A stretch of 64,000 nucleotides of DNA from Mustelus asterias (Eukaryota), in the NCBI RefSeq assembly GCF_964213995.1, contig NW_027590117.1:1984001-2048000 (forward strand). The letters run 5' to 3'. This document shows, piece by piece, positions 12,368-24,327 of this stretch. The notes under the pieces were generated by a model that made no database searches, was not told the DNA's origin, and saw nothing but the letters and a program-made list of their open reading frames with translations. A program made the translations under genes and the position numbers. Numbering within the stretch: position 1 is the stretch's first letter; every line of letters starts with the position of its first letter.

Positions 12368-13477
12368 TTAATTCCACACTGACACACAGCAATAGATCGA
12401 GGGAGAGTTAATTCCACATTCATGCATAGTAATAGATCAGAGAGAGAGTTATTTCCACACTCTCACACTGTAACAGATTGAGAGTTAATTCCACACACAC
12501 ACACAGATTAATAGGTTGAGAGTGCATTAATTCCATACTCACATACAGTAATAGATTGAGAGAGAGTTAATTCCACACTGGCACACAGCAATAGATTGAG
12601 AGAGAGTTAATTCCACACACACACAGTAATAGATTGAGAGAGAGTTAATTCCACATGGAGACACACACATAGATTGAGAGAGAGATAATTGCACATTCCC
12701 ACACAGTAATAGATTGAGAGAGATAATTCCACACACTCACACTGTAATATATTGCGAGAGAGTCAATTCCACATCCACACACAGGAATAGATTGAGAGTT
12801 AATTCCACGCTCACACACACAGTAATTGATTGAGAGAGTTTTAATTACACACTGACACTCACTAATGGATTGAGAGAGTTAATTCCTCACGAACACACAT
12901 TAATGGATTGAGAGAGAGTTCCTTGCACTGTCACACCATAATAGATTGAGACAGTTAATTGGACACTGACACACAGTAATAGATTGAGAGAGGGTTAATT
13001 CCACACTGATACACAGCAATAGATTGAGAGAGAGATAATTCCACATTCCCACACAGTAATAGATTGAGATGGAGTTAATTCCATTGCACTGTCACACTGT
13101 GATAGATTGAGACAGTTAATTGGACACTGACACACAGCAATAGATTGAGAGAGAGTTAATTCCAGGCTGTCATACAGTAATAGATTGAGAGAGAGTTAAG
13201 TCTACAAAGACACACTGTAATAGATTGAGAGTGTGTTAATTCCACACTCTCGCACAGCAATAGATTGAGAGAGCGTTAATTCCACAGTCTCACACTGTAA
13301 TAGATTGAGAGAGAGTTAATTCCATATTCACACACAGTAATTGAGAGATAGTTAATTGCACACTGACACACAGTAATAGATGGAGAGGGAATTAATTTTG
13401 CACTGACACACTAATAGATTGAGAGAGAGTTAATTCCACACTGGCACACAGTAATAGAGTGAGAGACCGTTAATCCG

Positions 13478-15317
13478 TTATAATATATAAAATGAAAAAG
13501 AGTGGCAAAAGTAAACATTGGTTCTTTAGAGGATGAGAAGGGGGATGTAATAACTGGAAATGAGAAAATGGCTGAGGCATTCAACAGGTATTTTGTGTCA
13601 GTCTTCACAGTGGAAGACACAAATAACATGCCAAAAATTAATGACAGGAAGGCTATGGCAGGTGAGAACCTAGAAACTATCATTATCACGAAAGAGGTAG
13701 TGTTGGGCAAGTTAATGGGGCTAAATGTAGACAAGTCTCCCGGTCCTGATGGAATGCATCCAAGGGTACTAAAAGAGATGGCGGGAGGAATAGCAAATGC
13801 ACTAGTGGTAATTTATCAAAATTCGCTGGACTCTGGGGTGGTTCTTGCGGATTGGAAAACAGCAAATGTGACGCCACTGTTTAAAAAAGGAGGTAGACAA
13901 AAGGCAGGTAACTATAGGCTGGTTAGCTTAACTTCTGTAGTAGGGAAAATGCTTAAATCTATCATCAAGGAAGAAATAGCGAGACATCTGGATATTAATT
14001 GTCCCATTGGTAAGACGCAGCATGGGTTCATAAGGGACAGGTCATGTTTGACTAATTTTTGGAATTCTTTGAGAACATTACATGTGCAGTGGACAATGGG
14101 GAACCTGTAGATGTGGTGTATGTGGATTTCCAGAAGGCATTTGACAAGGAGCCACACCAAAGACTGCTACATCAGATAAAGTTGCACAGTGTTATGGGTA
14201 ATGTATTAGCATGGATAGAGGACTGGTTAACTAACAGAAAGCAAAGAGTGGGGGTAAGTGGGTATTTTTCTGATTGGCGATCATTGACTAGTTGTGTGCC
14301 TCAGGGATCAATGTAGGGACCGCAATTGTTTACGAATTACATAGATGATTTGGAGTTGGGGACCAAGTGTAGTGTGTCAGAATTTGCAGATGACACTCAG
14401 ATGGGTGGAAGAACAAAGTGTGCAGAGGACGCTGAAAGTCTGCAAAGGGATATAGATAATCTAAGTGAGTGGGCGGGGGTCTGGCAGATGGAGTACAATG
14501 TTGGTAAATGTGAGGTCATCCATTTTGGTAGGAATAACAGCAAAATGGACTCTTATTTAAATGATTAAAAATTGCAACATGCTGCTGTGCAGAGGGACCT
14601 GGGTGTCCTTATGCAGGAATCTCAAGGAGTTGGTTTGCAGGTGCAGCAGTTAATTAAGAAGGCAAATGGAATTTTGTCCTTCATTGCGAGAGGGATGGAG
14701 TTCAAAAACAGCGAGGTTATGTTGCAGCTGTATAAGGTGCTGGTGAGGCCACACCTGGAGTACTGTGTACAGTTTTGGTCTCCTTACTTGAGAAAGGATA
14801 TACTGGCACTGGAGGGGGTGCAGAGAAAATTCAATAGGTTGATTCCAGAGTTGAGAGGGTTGGCTTATGAGGAGAGACTGAGTAGACTGGGGCTATACTC
14901 ATTGGAATTCAGAAGAATGAGGGGAGATCTTATAGAAACATATAAGATTATGAAGGGAATAGACAAGATAGAAGCAGGTAAGTTGTTTCCACTGGTGGGT
15001 GAAACTAGAACTAGGGGGCATAGCCTCAAAATAAGGGGGAAGCAGATTTAGGACTGAGGTGAGGAGGAACTTCTTCACACAAAGGGTTGTGAATCTGTGG
15101 AATTCCCTGCCCAGTGAAGCAGTTGAGGCTACCTCATTGAATGTTTTTAAGGCAAGGATAGATAAATTTTTGAACAGTAAAGGAATTAAGGGTTATGGTG
15201 AATGGGCAGGTAAGTGGAGCTGAGTCCACAAAAAGATCAGCCATGATCTTATTGACTGGCGGAGCAGCCTCGAGGGGCCAGATGGCCTATTCCGACTCCT
15301 AGTTCTTATGTTCTTCA
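13478..15317 (+). mobile_element. 5'-truncated CR1 LINE (second subfamily), disrupted
   Basis: KSPGPDGMHPRVLKE, DFQKAFDK, FADD; tail ttcttatgttc. Confidence 0.92.
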
Positions 15318-15686
15318 TCCCACACTCAGACACAATAAATGATTGTGAGAGAGTAAATTTCACACACACACACAGTAATAGATTGAGAGAGAATTAATTC
15401 CATACACACACAGTAATAGTTTGAGAGAGTGTTAATTCCATACACACACACAGTAATAGTTTGAGAGTGTTAATTCCATACACACACACAGTAAAGTTTG
15501 AGAGAGTGTTAATTCCGCACCAACACACAGTAATAGATTGAGAGGGAGTTAATTCCACACTGACGCACAGTAATATGTTGAGACAGAGAGGTAAATTCAT
15601 ACTGACATACAGTATTAGATTGAGAGAGAGATAATGCCACACTCTCACACAGTAATAGATTGCGAGAGAGTTAATTCCACACTCAT

Positions 15687-16690
15687 ACAAAGAAAATTAC
15701 AGCACAGGAACAGGCCCTTCGGCCCTCCAAGCCTGCACCGACCATGCTGTCTGACTCAACTAAAGCCCCCTACGCTTCCGGGGACCATATCCCTCTATTC
15801 CCATCTCATTCATGTACTTGTCAAGACGCACCTTAAAAATCACTACCGTATCCGCTTCCACTACCTCCCCCGGCAACGAGTTCCAGGCACCCACCACTCT
15901 CTGTGTAAAAAATCTGCCTCATACATCTCTTTTAAAACTTGCCCGTCGCACCTTAAACCTATGCCGCCTATTAATTGACTCTTCCACCCTGGGAAAAAGC
16001 TTCTGACTATCCACTCTGTCCATGCCTCTCATAATCTTGTAGACTTCTATCAGGTCTCCCCTCAACCTCCGCCACTCCAGTGAGAACAAACCAAGTTTCT
16101 CCAACCTCTCCTCATAGCTAATGCCCTCCATACCAGGCAACATCCTGGTAAATCTTTTCTGTACCCTCTCCAAAGCCTCCACATCCTTCTGGTAGTGTGG
16201 CGACCAGAATTGAACACTATATTCCAAGTGCAGCCTCAGTAAGGTTCTATAAAGCGCCAACATGACTTGCCAATTTTTAAACTCAATACCCCGGCTGATG
16301 AAGGTAAGCATGTCGTATGCCTTCTTGACTACCTTCTCCACCTGCATTGCCACTTTCAGTGACCCGTGTACCTGTACACCCAGGTCCCTTTGCCTATCAA
16401 TACTCTTAAGGGTTCTGCCATTTACTGTATATTTCCTAGCTGTATTAGACCTTCCAAAATGCACTGCCTCACATTTGTCCGGATTGAACTCCATCTGTCA
16501 TCTCTCTGCCCAAATCTCCAACTGATCAATATTCTGCTGTATGCTCTGATGGTCCTCATCGCTATCCGCAAATCCACCAACTTTTGTGTCGTCCGCAAAC
16601 TTACAAATCAATCCTGTTGCATTTTACTCCAAATCATTTCTATATATTACAAACAGCAAAGGTCCCAGCACTGATCCCTGAGGAACATCA
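15687..16690 (-). mobile_element. 5'-truncated CR1 LINE
   Basis: ORF 15919..16494 MEFNPDKCEAVHFG...LEYSVQFWSPH; same subfamily as 10646-12367. Confidence 0.92.
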
Positions 16691-18139
16691 CCACCCCAAG
16701 CAATAGATTGAGAGACTGTTAATCCCACAGTCACACACAATGAATGATTGAGAGAGAGTGAATTCCACACCGACACACAGTAATAGATTGAGAGGGAATT
16801 AATTCCACACTCTCACAAACTAATAGATTGAGAGAGTTAATTCAACACACACACACTGTAATAGATTGAGACAGGGAGCTAATTCCACACTGACATACAG
16901 TCATAGATTAAGAGGGAGATAATTCCACACACTCTCTGTTTTGGATTGCGAGAGAGATAATTCCACACTGAAACACGGTAATAGATTGAGAGAGTTAATT
17001 CCACATTCACACACACTAATAGATTGACAGTTAATTTCACATTCATACAAGTAATAGATTGAGAGACTTTTAATTCCACACTCGCACACAATAACAGATT
17101 GAGAGAGAGTGAATTCCACAGACACACAGTAATAGATTGAGAGAGTTAATTTCACACTCACACACAGTAATAGATTGAGAGAGAGTTAGTTCCAAACTCT
17201 CTCACAGTAATAGATTGTGAGCAACTTAATTCCACACTCTCACACAGTCATAGATTGAGAGGGAGTTAATTCCACACTGACATACAGTAATAGAGAGAGA
17301 GAGATAAATCGACACTCTCACACAAGAAAAGATTGAGAGAGATTGAATCCACACAGACACACAGTAATAGATTGAGAGAGAGTTAATTCCAAACTGACAC
17401 ATTAATAGATTGAGAGCCGAGTTAATTCCACACTCACATACTGTAATAGATTGAGAGAGATATAATTCCACACTGACACACAGTAATAGATTGGGAGAGA
17501 GATAATTCCACACACACAGTAATAGATTGAGAGTTAATTCCACACTGACATGCAGTAATATGTTGAGACAGAGGTAAATCCACATTGACAGACAGTAATA
17601 GATTGAGAGAGAGATAATTCCGTACTCTCACACAGTAATAGATTGAGAGAGTTCATTCCGAACTGACACAGTAATAGATTGAGAGTGAGTTAATTCCACA
17701 CTCACATACAGTAATAGATTGAGAGAGAGATAATTCCACACTCACATACAGTAATAGATTGAGAGAGAGTTAATTCCACACTCATACAGGTAATAGATTG
17801 AGGGACCGTTAATCCCACAGTCACACACATAAATAATTGAGAGGGAGTGAATTCCACTCCGATACATAGTAATAGATTGAGAGAGAGTTAATTCCACATT
17901 CATACAAGTAATAGATTGAGGGACCGTTAATTCCACACTCTCACACAATAAAAGATTGAGAGTTACTTCCACACTCTCACACAATGATCGATTGAGAATT
18001 AATTCCACACACTCTCACAGTAATAGATTGAGAGAGAGTTCATTCAACACTGACACACACGAATAGATTGAGACAGGGTTAATTCCGCACCCACACACAA
18101 TGATCGATTGAGAGAGAGTTAATTCCACACTCTCACTAT

Positions 18140-19620
18140 GAAGCTCAGTTAATCAACACATACATTTTCAACTGGGCCATTGTCACATTGTCTAATTTGG
18201 TAAAGCCAGAAGTACAGTACTTATTTACTATCTCTGCCATACCCTCTGCTGCAGTGAGCAGTTTACCCTGCTTGGCCCTTATGAACCCCACTCTATCCTT
18301 CACTAATCCTTTACAATTAATATGTTTGAAGAACATGTTATGATTTATATTAGCGCAGCCTGCTAACATTTCCTCATGCTTCCTCTTCATTATTCCAGCC
18401 TTAGCCCCTCTCCTGCATTTTGAGCTGTTTTTCCTGGTTTCTATTGCTATTATTATTCCAGCATGCATCATATGCCTCTTTTTTCTTCCTTATTTTCTCG
18501 TCAATAACCTTAGACATCCAGGATACCCTAGCTTTGGACACTGCATATGTGTGTCTGGTGGCTATGTACCTGGCTGGCATCCCATTCAACTCAACTTTGA
18601 AAGTCTCCCATTTGTCAACCACTGTTTTATCCTCGCAATTTGCCTCATTTGCCACATTTTGCCCTCACTTAATCTATCTGTTTCCTTTTGAAGCCTCCTC
18701 ACGTATACTTCACAATTAATTTCTTATCTATCTTTATGCTGTCAGCAAATTTAGCAACGGTACCTTCAGTCCCTTCATCCAAGCAATTTTTATAAATTGT
18801 AACAATTTGTAGCCCCAGCATGAATACACCACTCATCAGATCCTGCCACCCCGAAAAATAACCATTTGTGCGAACTCTTTTTGACCTGTTAGCGAGCCAA
18901 CCATCAATCCATGCCAAAATGTTACGCCCAAAACCATGAATGTTTATTTTACACAATAACCTTTAATCTGGCACTTTGGCAAATGTCTTCTGGAAATGTA
19001 AGTACAGGACATCCACCGGTTCCCCATTCACAGCACATGGGCCTCTTTCAAAAAACTCCAATAATTTAGTTAAACATGATTTCCTTTTCAGAAAACCATA
19101 TTGACTCTGCCTGATTGCCTTGTATTTTTTCCAAGTTGTAATATCTTTCAGAATGGCTTCTAACATTTTCCCGATGACAGCTGTTAGGCTAACAGCCTGT
19201 AGTTTCCTGCTTTCTGTCTCCATCCCTTTTTGAATCAAGGTATTACATTTGTCATATTTCAACCTGATGGAACATTCTCCAAAGCCAGGGAATTTTGCAA
19301 AATTAAAACAAATGCATCAACTGTCTCATTCGCCACTTCTTTCATGTCCTTCACGAGAAGTCCATCCGGACCCAGGAATTTGTCAGCCTGTCGACCCAAC
19401 AATTTGCTCAATACCACTTTCCCTGTTGATTGGAATTTTCCTGTGCTCCTCCCTTCCATTTGCTGGTTTACAGCTATTTCTGGGATGTTACTTGTATCCT
19501 CTATAGTGAACACCAATGAAAAATACATTTGCCAATACCCTGTTTTCCATTATCAATCCCCCAGTTGCACTTTCTATAGAACCAATGCTCACTCTGCTAA
19601 CTCTTTTCTTGTTCAACTAT
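18140..19620 (-). mobile_element. Old degenerate CR1 ORF2 fragments
   Basis: Fragmented minus ORFs with KSCLTKLLEFFE, AKFADS and FTIEDTSNIP motifs. Confidence 0.8.
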
Positions 19621-19765
19621 CTACAGAATCTCTGACTATCCACCGTAACCCCGTAACTATCCCCGTAACCCCACATAGTTATCCCGCAAATCCATCTAAA
19701 CTATGCATCCCGGGACACTAAGGGGCAATTGAGCACGGCCAATCCACCTAACCCGCACATCTTTT
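19620..19765 (-). mobile_element. HE1-type V-SINE 3' fragment
   Basis: gacactaaggggcaattgagcacggccaatccacctaacccgcacatcttt V-domain. Confidence 0.75.
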
Positions 19766-19767
19766 CA

Positions 19768-20084
19768 ATCGCTTCTCGGCCTTTTGGCTAAGATCAAGTG
19801 CAGTATGGATTGGATGCTGCACTTGGTTGAGGTCATTAGGTTACATTGAAGTTTCATATGAAGCAATTTTTAAAAGCGGCATCTCGGCCTTTTGGCTCAG
19901 ATGCACATGAGCTCAAGCCTTGGAGGAGGAACCTCCCCCTCCTCCATTCAGCTTGGCTCATGTAGATCGGGCCCAGGACAGGGTAATTTGGTCGCTTGCC
20001 CTGTCTTGTCAGCCTGGATCGGAAATGTCTCAACTTGTTGAGACTCTGAATTGAATTTGATTGAATTGGAAAAGTACAAAAAAA
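19768..20084 (+). mobile_element. U2-snRNA-headed, structured, A-tailed element (candidate SINEU-like retroposon)
   Basis: 19768-19806 is U2 nt 1-39 with one mismatch; second U2-like 5' hairpin at 19879-19905; several hairpins; A-tract abuts the H2A ATG. Confidence 0.65.
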
Positions 20085-20453
20085 ATGTCTGGAAGAGGAA
20101 AGAGCGGCGGGAAAGCTCGGGTCAAGGCCAAGCCTCGCTCCTCCCGGGCTGGACTGCAGTTCCCGGTGGGCCGTGTTCACAGGCTCCTGAGAAAGGGCAA
20201 CTATGCTGAGCGTGTGGGTGCCGGAGCCCCGGTCTATCTGGCTGCTGTGCTCGAGTATCTGACCGCTGAAATCCTGGAGCTGGCCGGGAACGCGGCCCGG
20301 GACAACAAGAAGACCCGCATCATCCCCAGACACCTGCAGCTGGCCGTCCGCAACGACGAGGAGCTCAACAAGCTGCTGGGAGGGGTGCTGCCTAATATCC
20401 AGGCCGTGCTGCTGCACAAGAAAAGCAGCGCTGGGGCCGCGAAGAGCAAGTGA
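20085..20453 (+). CDS. H2A: Histone H2A, aberrant (in-frame 7-aa deletion, promoter replaced); variant or pseudogene
   Basis: [35 protein letters not shown]...; [10 protein letters not shown] lacks TIAQGGV; 122 aa. Confidence 0.9.
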   Translation: MSGRGKSGGKARVKAKPRSSRAGLQFPVGRVHRLLRKGNYAERVGAGAPVYLAAVLEYLTAEILELAGNAARDNKKTRIIPRHLQLAVRNDEELNKLLGGVLPNIQAVLLHKKSSAGAAKSK

Positions 20454-20483
20454 AGCGCCCATTCTTTAATCTGATAACCCAAA

Positions 20484-20499
20484 GGCTCTTTTCAGAGCC
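20484..20499 (+). terminator. Histone 3' stem-loop (H2A)
   Basis: AAA GGCTCT TTTC AGAGCC AC followed by purine-rich GAAAAAGGG. Confidence 0.95.
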
Positions 20500-21190
20500 A
20501 CTCACTTTATCTGAAAAAGGGCGACCTGGTGTCTATCGGTCAGTTTCTGCACTGCTATTCACAGCACAGCTGTTTCCCGCTTTGTTCTATCAATCCGTAC
20601 TATTGACACATACAGTATTTTAATGCAAGTTGCTGTTGTTTATCGGGGAAACCATCCCAGTGAACTGAATTGATCCTATTTCAAATATAATTGCTTTAAA
20701 ATGTGATAATCTGCGAGGATATTCATCTGCAGCCCATCGGTTTTCAAAGTCAGTCACTGGATCTGGAAAAGTGTTAATTATTGTCTATGCGAATGTGCAA
20801 GCGTTCCTGCAATGGCTATATCTGTGTGAGTGGGTTACTGTTGGAGACATGCTTCATATTCTGAACGTAATTGACACAATTTTCAACACTCTCGCTGCGA
20901 CTCGAAACACGTGCGGAGAAAGTGGATTTGCGGAATTATGGCTCGGAAACTGAAATGATCGCAGGTTTAGTAAAACTACTTTTAAAATTAAATTGTGGTA
21001 GAATTGTTAACGGCATCGTTTTTACTCGAACCATCAAAGGATTGGATATATGAGTGACCCCAATGCAACGGAGGGTTAATTGTAACATTGAGAGGTTTCA
21101 GTACTAGAGTCCTGGGAATATTCTGTCCTGGGAATTCAAACACTAGAATCGTTAACAGGAGATCGCAGCTCTTTCATTTGCCGATTTGGT

Positions 21191-21206
21191 GGCTCTTAAA
21201 AGAGCC
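21191..21206 (-). terminator. Histone 3' stem-loop (H3)
   Basis: GGCTCT TTTA AGAGCC ACC, downstream element AATGAAAGAGCTG. Confidence 0.95.
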
Positions 21207-21235
21207 GTTGTTGTTCTTGGTGCTGAGGTCGGGGT

Positions 21236-21769
<534 letters not shown>

Positions 21770-22948
21770 TCAAACTCTGACCAGCGAATTAATGTCTGTA
21801 CCTCAGGTTCTGATTGGTTCAGTTGTTTTCTTAACCGCCCCTTTCAGAAATTCCGCCGTTTTCTGTGCAGGAAATAACCGTTTGTATAAAATAAGTCTTC
21901 ATTCCGTCCTTAATAAGATAATTCCCAGAAACATTGAAGATTTGAAGTCTATCTCCCCCCACTTAGTGCTTTAGACCCTTTTCCCGCTCTCTGGGCTGTT
22001 CATTCCCAGAATCTCACGCTGTTCCACTCGATCCCTGTCCCTTTCCTTTCCAGCCCATTCAGATTTCCCCTCTCCTGTCGCTTGTAACATTCGCCGCCGT
22101 TTTCGGGGGAAAGGATCAGAAATCAGTCGCTTCTCTGTCTCCCTGAAGCCGGTGTGAAAGGGGTTGAGTCTGTTGTTTGTTACAGAGAGTGACTTCATAT
22201 TTGTCCCGTTTGACATTACTGAATAGAGTCGTTTGCTGCCCGTGGCGGACAAATGTTCACAAATGAAACCTCTTTGTAAAATAATCTTACAGCAGAATAT
22301 TAATTGAGAATCTATTTTTAATAAGTTAAGAATTTGTCTCAATTCCCTTTCCCGCGCTGAAATTGGCGGCATTTCCCCAATTCAAAATTTCTGCTGGTTG
22401 ACAGTTGAAGCCAATGATTGGCTCAATGTTCACATTCGGTGCTCTGCGATTGGTTCAGAGCTGCGAATGCGGAGAGGATGGCCAATCAGAAGCAGGCTGG
22501 GGTTGGAGCGGCTCAAACTGCGGGAATTGCGGGTTTGTGAATGACAGAGCGGAAACTGATCAGTTTCACAAAGCCTGTCAGTTTCAGTGCGGAAACAACC
22601 GTCTGGGGGCAAATAGCATCACAACTGGGACTGGTTCCAGTGAACGATTCACCGGCTGCTGCTACTAAACTCCGCTATTCCAGAGAAAGCTTTGATAAAC
22701 TCTATCCAAACACTGGGTGATTAAACAGGAGTGATGCGGCGTTTCACTGAGGGCACATGTCAACTGGGGGCTGCTCAGACAATCCACTTAAAAATTTCAA
22801 AAACAATCCGCATCGCTGCTCCAAATGAAATGTTAAATTCGGTGATTCCCGCACTGTAACCTAAACAAAACAAACATGCATCTCAAGTACTGAACAGCCT
22901 ATCCCAGCTCCGTCCCCAGGTCAATGCTCTCTCTGTGAAGCGGTTTTT

Positions 22949-22964
22949 GGCTCTGAAAAGAGCC
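22949..22964 (-). terminator. Histone 3' stem-loop (H4)
   Basis: AAA GGCTCT TTTC AGAGCC, then ACAGAGAGAG. Confidence 0.95.
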
Positions 22965-22998
22965 TTTGTTGTGTGTTCGGTAGGAAGGTTCCAGTTGT

Positions 22999-23319
<321 letters not shown>

Positions 23320-23926
23320 TCACTCAGATCTCTGCACAATATGGGAGAGGAACTCTTTCAGGCTCCTTTTATACAGCCCGCCCCGACCTGACTGAGAAAG
23401 GCGGAGTGAGAGCAGAGAGGGGAGGAGACAGAGTGAAGATCAAACACAGAGCGGGAGGGAGGAGAGAGCCGGACTGACACACACACACAGAACGGCCCGT
23501 GATCTTTCAGCTCCACCTCCAGTTTCTGCAACCGCCAATTTCAACCCGTTTATTAACAATGGAAGCGAAACACAGCTCCCCACACAAACCCTTCCAGAGC
23601 CGCCCTTCACACACAAGAGTTTCTACAAACCCGGAGCTTTGAAATATGGAATCAAAACAGAAAATGCTGCAACTAATTAGCAGCTCCGGCAGCTTTTGTG
23701 AAGAGAGAGAGAGACAGAGTTAACGTTTCGGATCGTGACTTTGTTCTTTTGTGTTTTTAAACCTGGTCCCGTAATAATTCCCAGTCAGTAATATTCCGAC
23801 CTAAACACAGTCGATTCTATAGCAAGAATCTTCCTCCGGAACATCCTCACACACATCTGCTTCTCGCTGTTTGCAAACACTTTATTGAAGCTGTTTGGGG
23901 CAATTTCCTGTGTTAGAATTAAGGGA

Positions 23927-24004
23927 GTCAGGATGGCCGAGCGGTTTAAGGCGCTGCGTTCAGGTCGCAGTCTCCTCTGGAGGCGTGGGTTCAAATGATT
24001 GACA
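23927..24004 (+). pseudogene. tRNA-Leu(CAG) pseudogene, damaged 3' end
   Basis: GTCAGGATGGCCGAGCGGTTTAAGGCGCTGCGTTCAGGTCGCAG...GGGTTCAAATGATTGACA; 3' strand of the T-stem is deleted. Confidence 0.85.
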
Positions 24005-24014
24005 TTGATTTTTG

Positions 24015-24290
24015 GCTAAGAATTGCCGTCTCAGAGCGCCAGGCACCTGGGTTCGATTCCCGGCTGAGGTCTCTGTCTGTGTGGAGTTTGCAGATTCTCC
24101 CCGGGCTTCCTCCGGGTGCTCCGGTTTCCTCCCGCACACCAAAGTGCCTGTCAGGTTGATTGGCCATGCTAAATTGCACCGGAGTCTCCGGTCAATAAAT
24201 AGGGTAATGGGGATCCGGACTGGGTGGGATTGAGGTCGGTTCAGACTCGATGGGACGATTGGCCTCCTTCTGCACTGCAGGGATTCGATT
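24015..24290 (+). mobile_element. HE1-type V-SINE
   Basis: B-box GGTTCGATTCC, V-domain, tail ggcctccttctgcactgcaggg. Other copies or fragments at about 31365-31480, 32100-32345(-), 44690-44960(-), 46540-46700, 46800-47100(-), 56490-56710, 59075-59220 and 61645-61835(-). Confidence 0.85.
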
Positions 24291-24327
24291 AAAAATTAGG
24301 CTGCAATGCGGTATTTAGCCACCAGTG

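Larger units (their letters stand above)
9520..18137. repeat. ~36-42-bp satellite (AATTCCACACTCACACACAGTAATAGATTGAGAGAGAGTT)n interrupted by three CR1 insertions
   Basis: Tandem units visible at about 9520-10645, 12368-13477, 15318-15686 and 16690-18137; length varies in internal CA/GA microsatellites. Confidence 0.95.

Noticed and set aside
3480-18137. CRISPR-like appearance of the 20-bp and ~40-bp repeats
   Set aside because: There are no unique spacers and no cas genes, and the context is vertebrate; these are tandem satellites.
19768-19960. Functional U2 snRNA gene
   Set aside because: Only nt 1-39 match, the branch-pairing sequence is mutated, and a SINE fragment lies upstream instead of a PSE/DSE.
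19854-20482. Antisense ORFs over H2A (and similar ones over H3, H4 and H1)
   Set aside because: These are shadow ORFs caused by histone codon bias.
24015-24070. Extra tRNA genes at GGTTCGA-type B-boxes (about 1845, 24050, 32290)
   Set aside because: These are SINE heads that continue into SINE bodies and form no cloverleaf.
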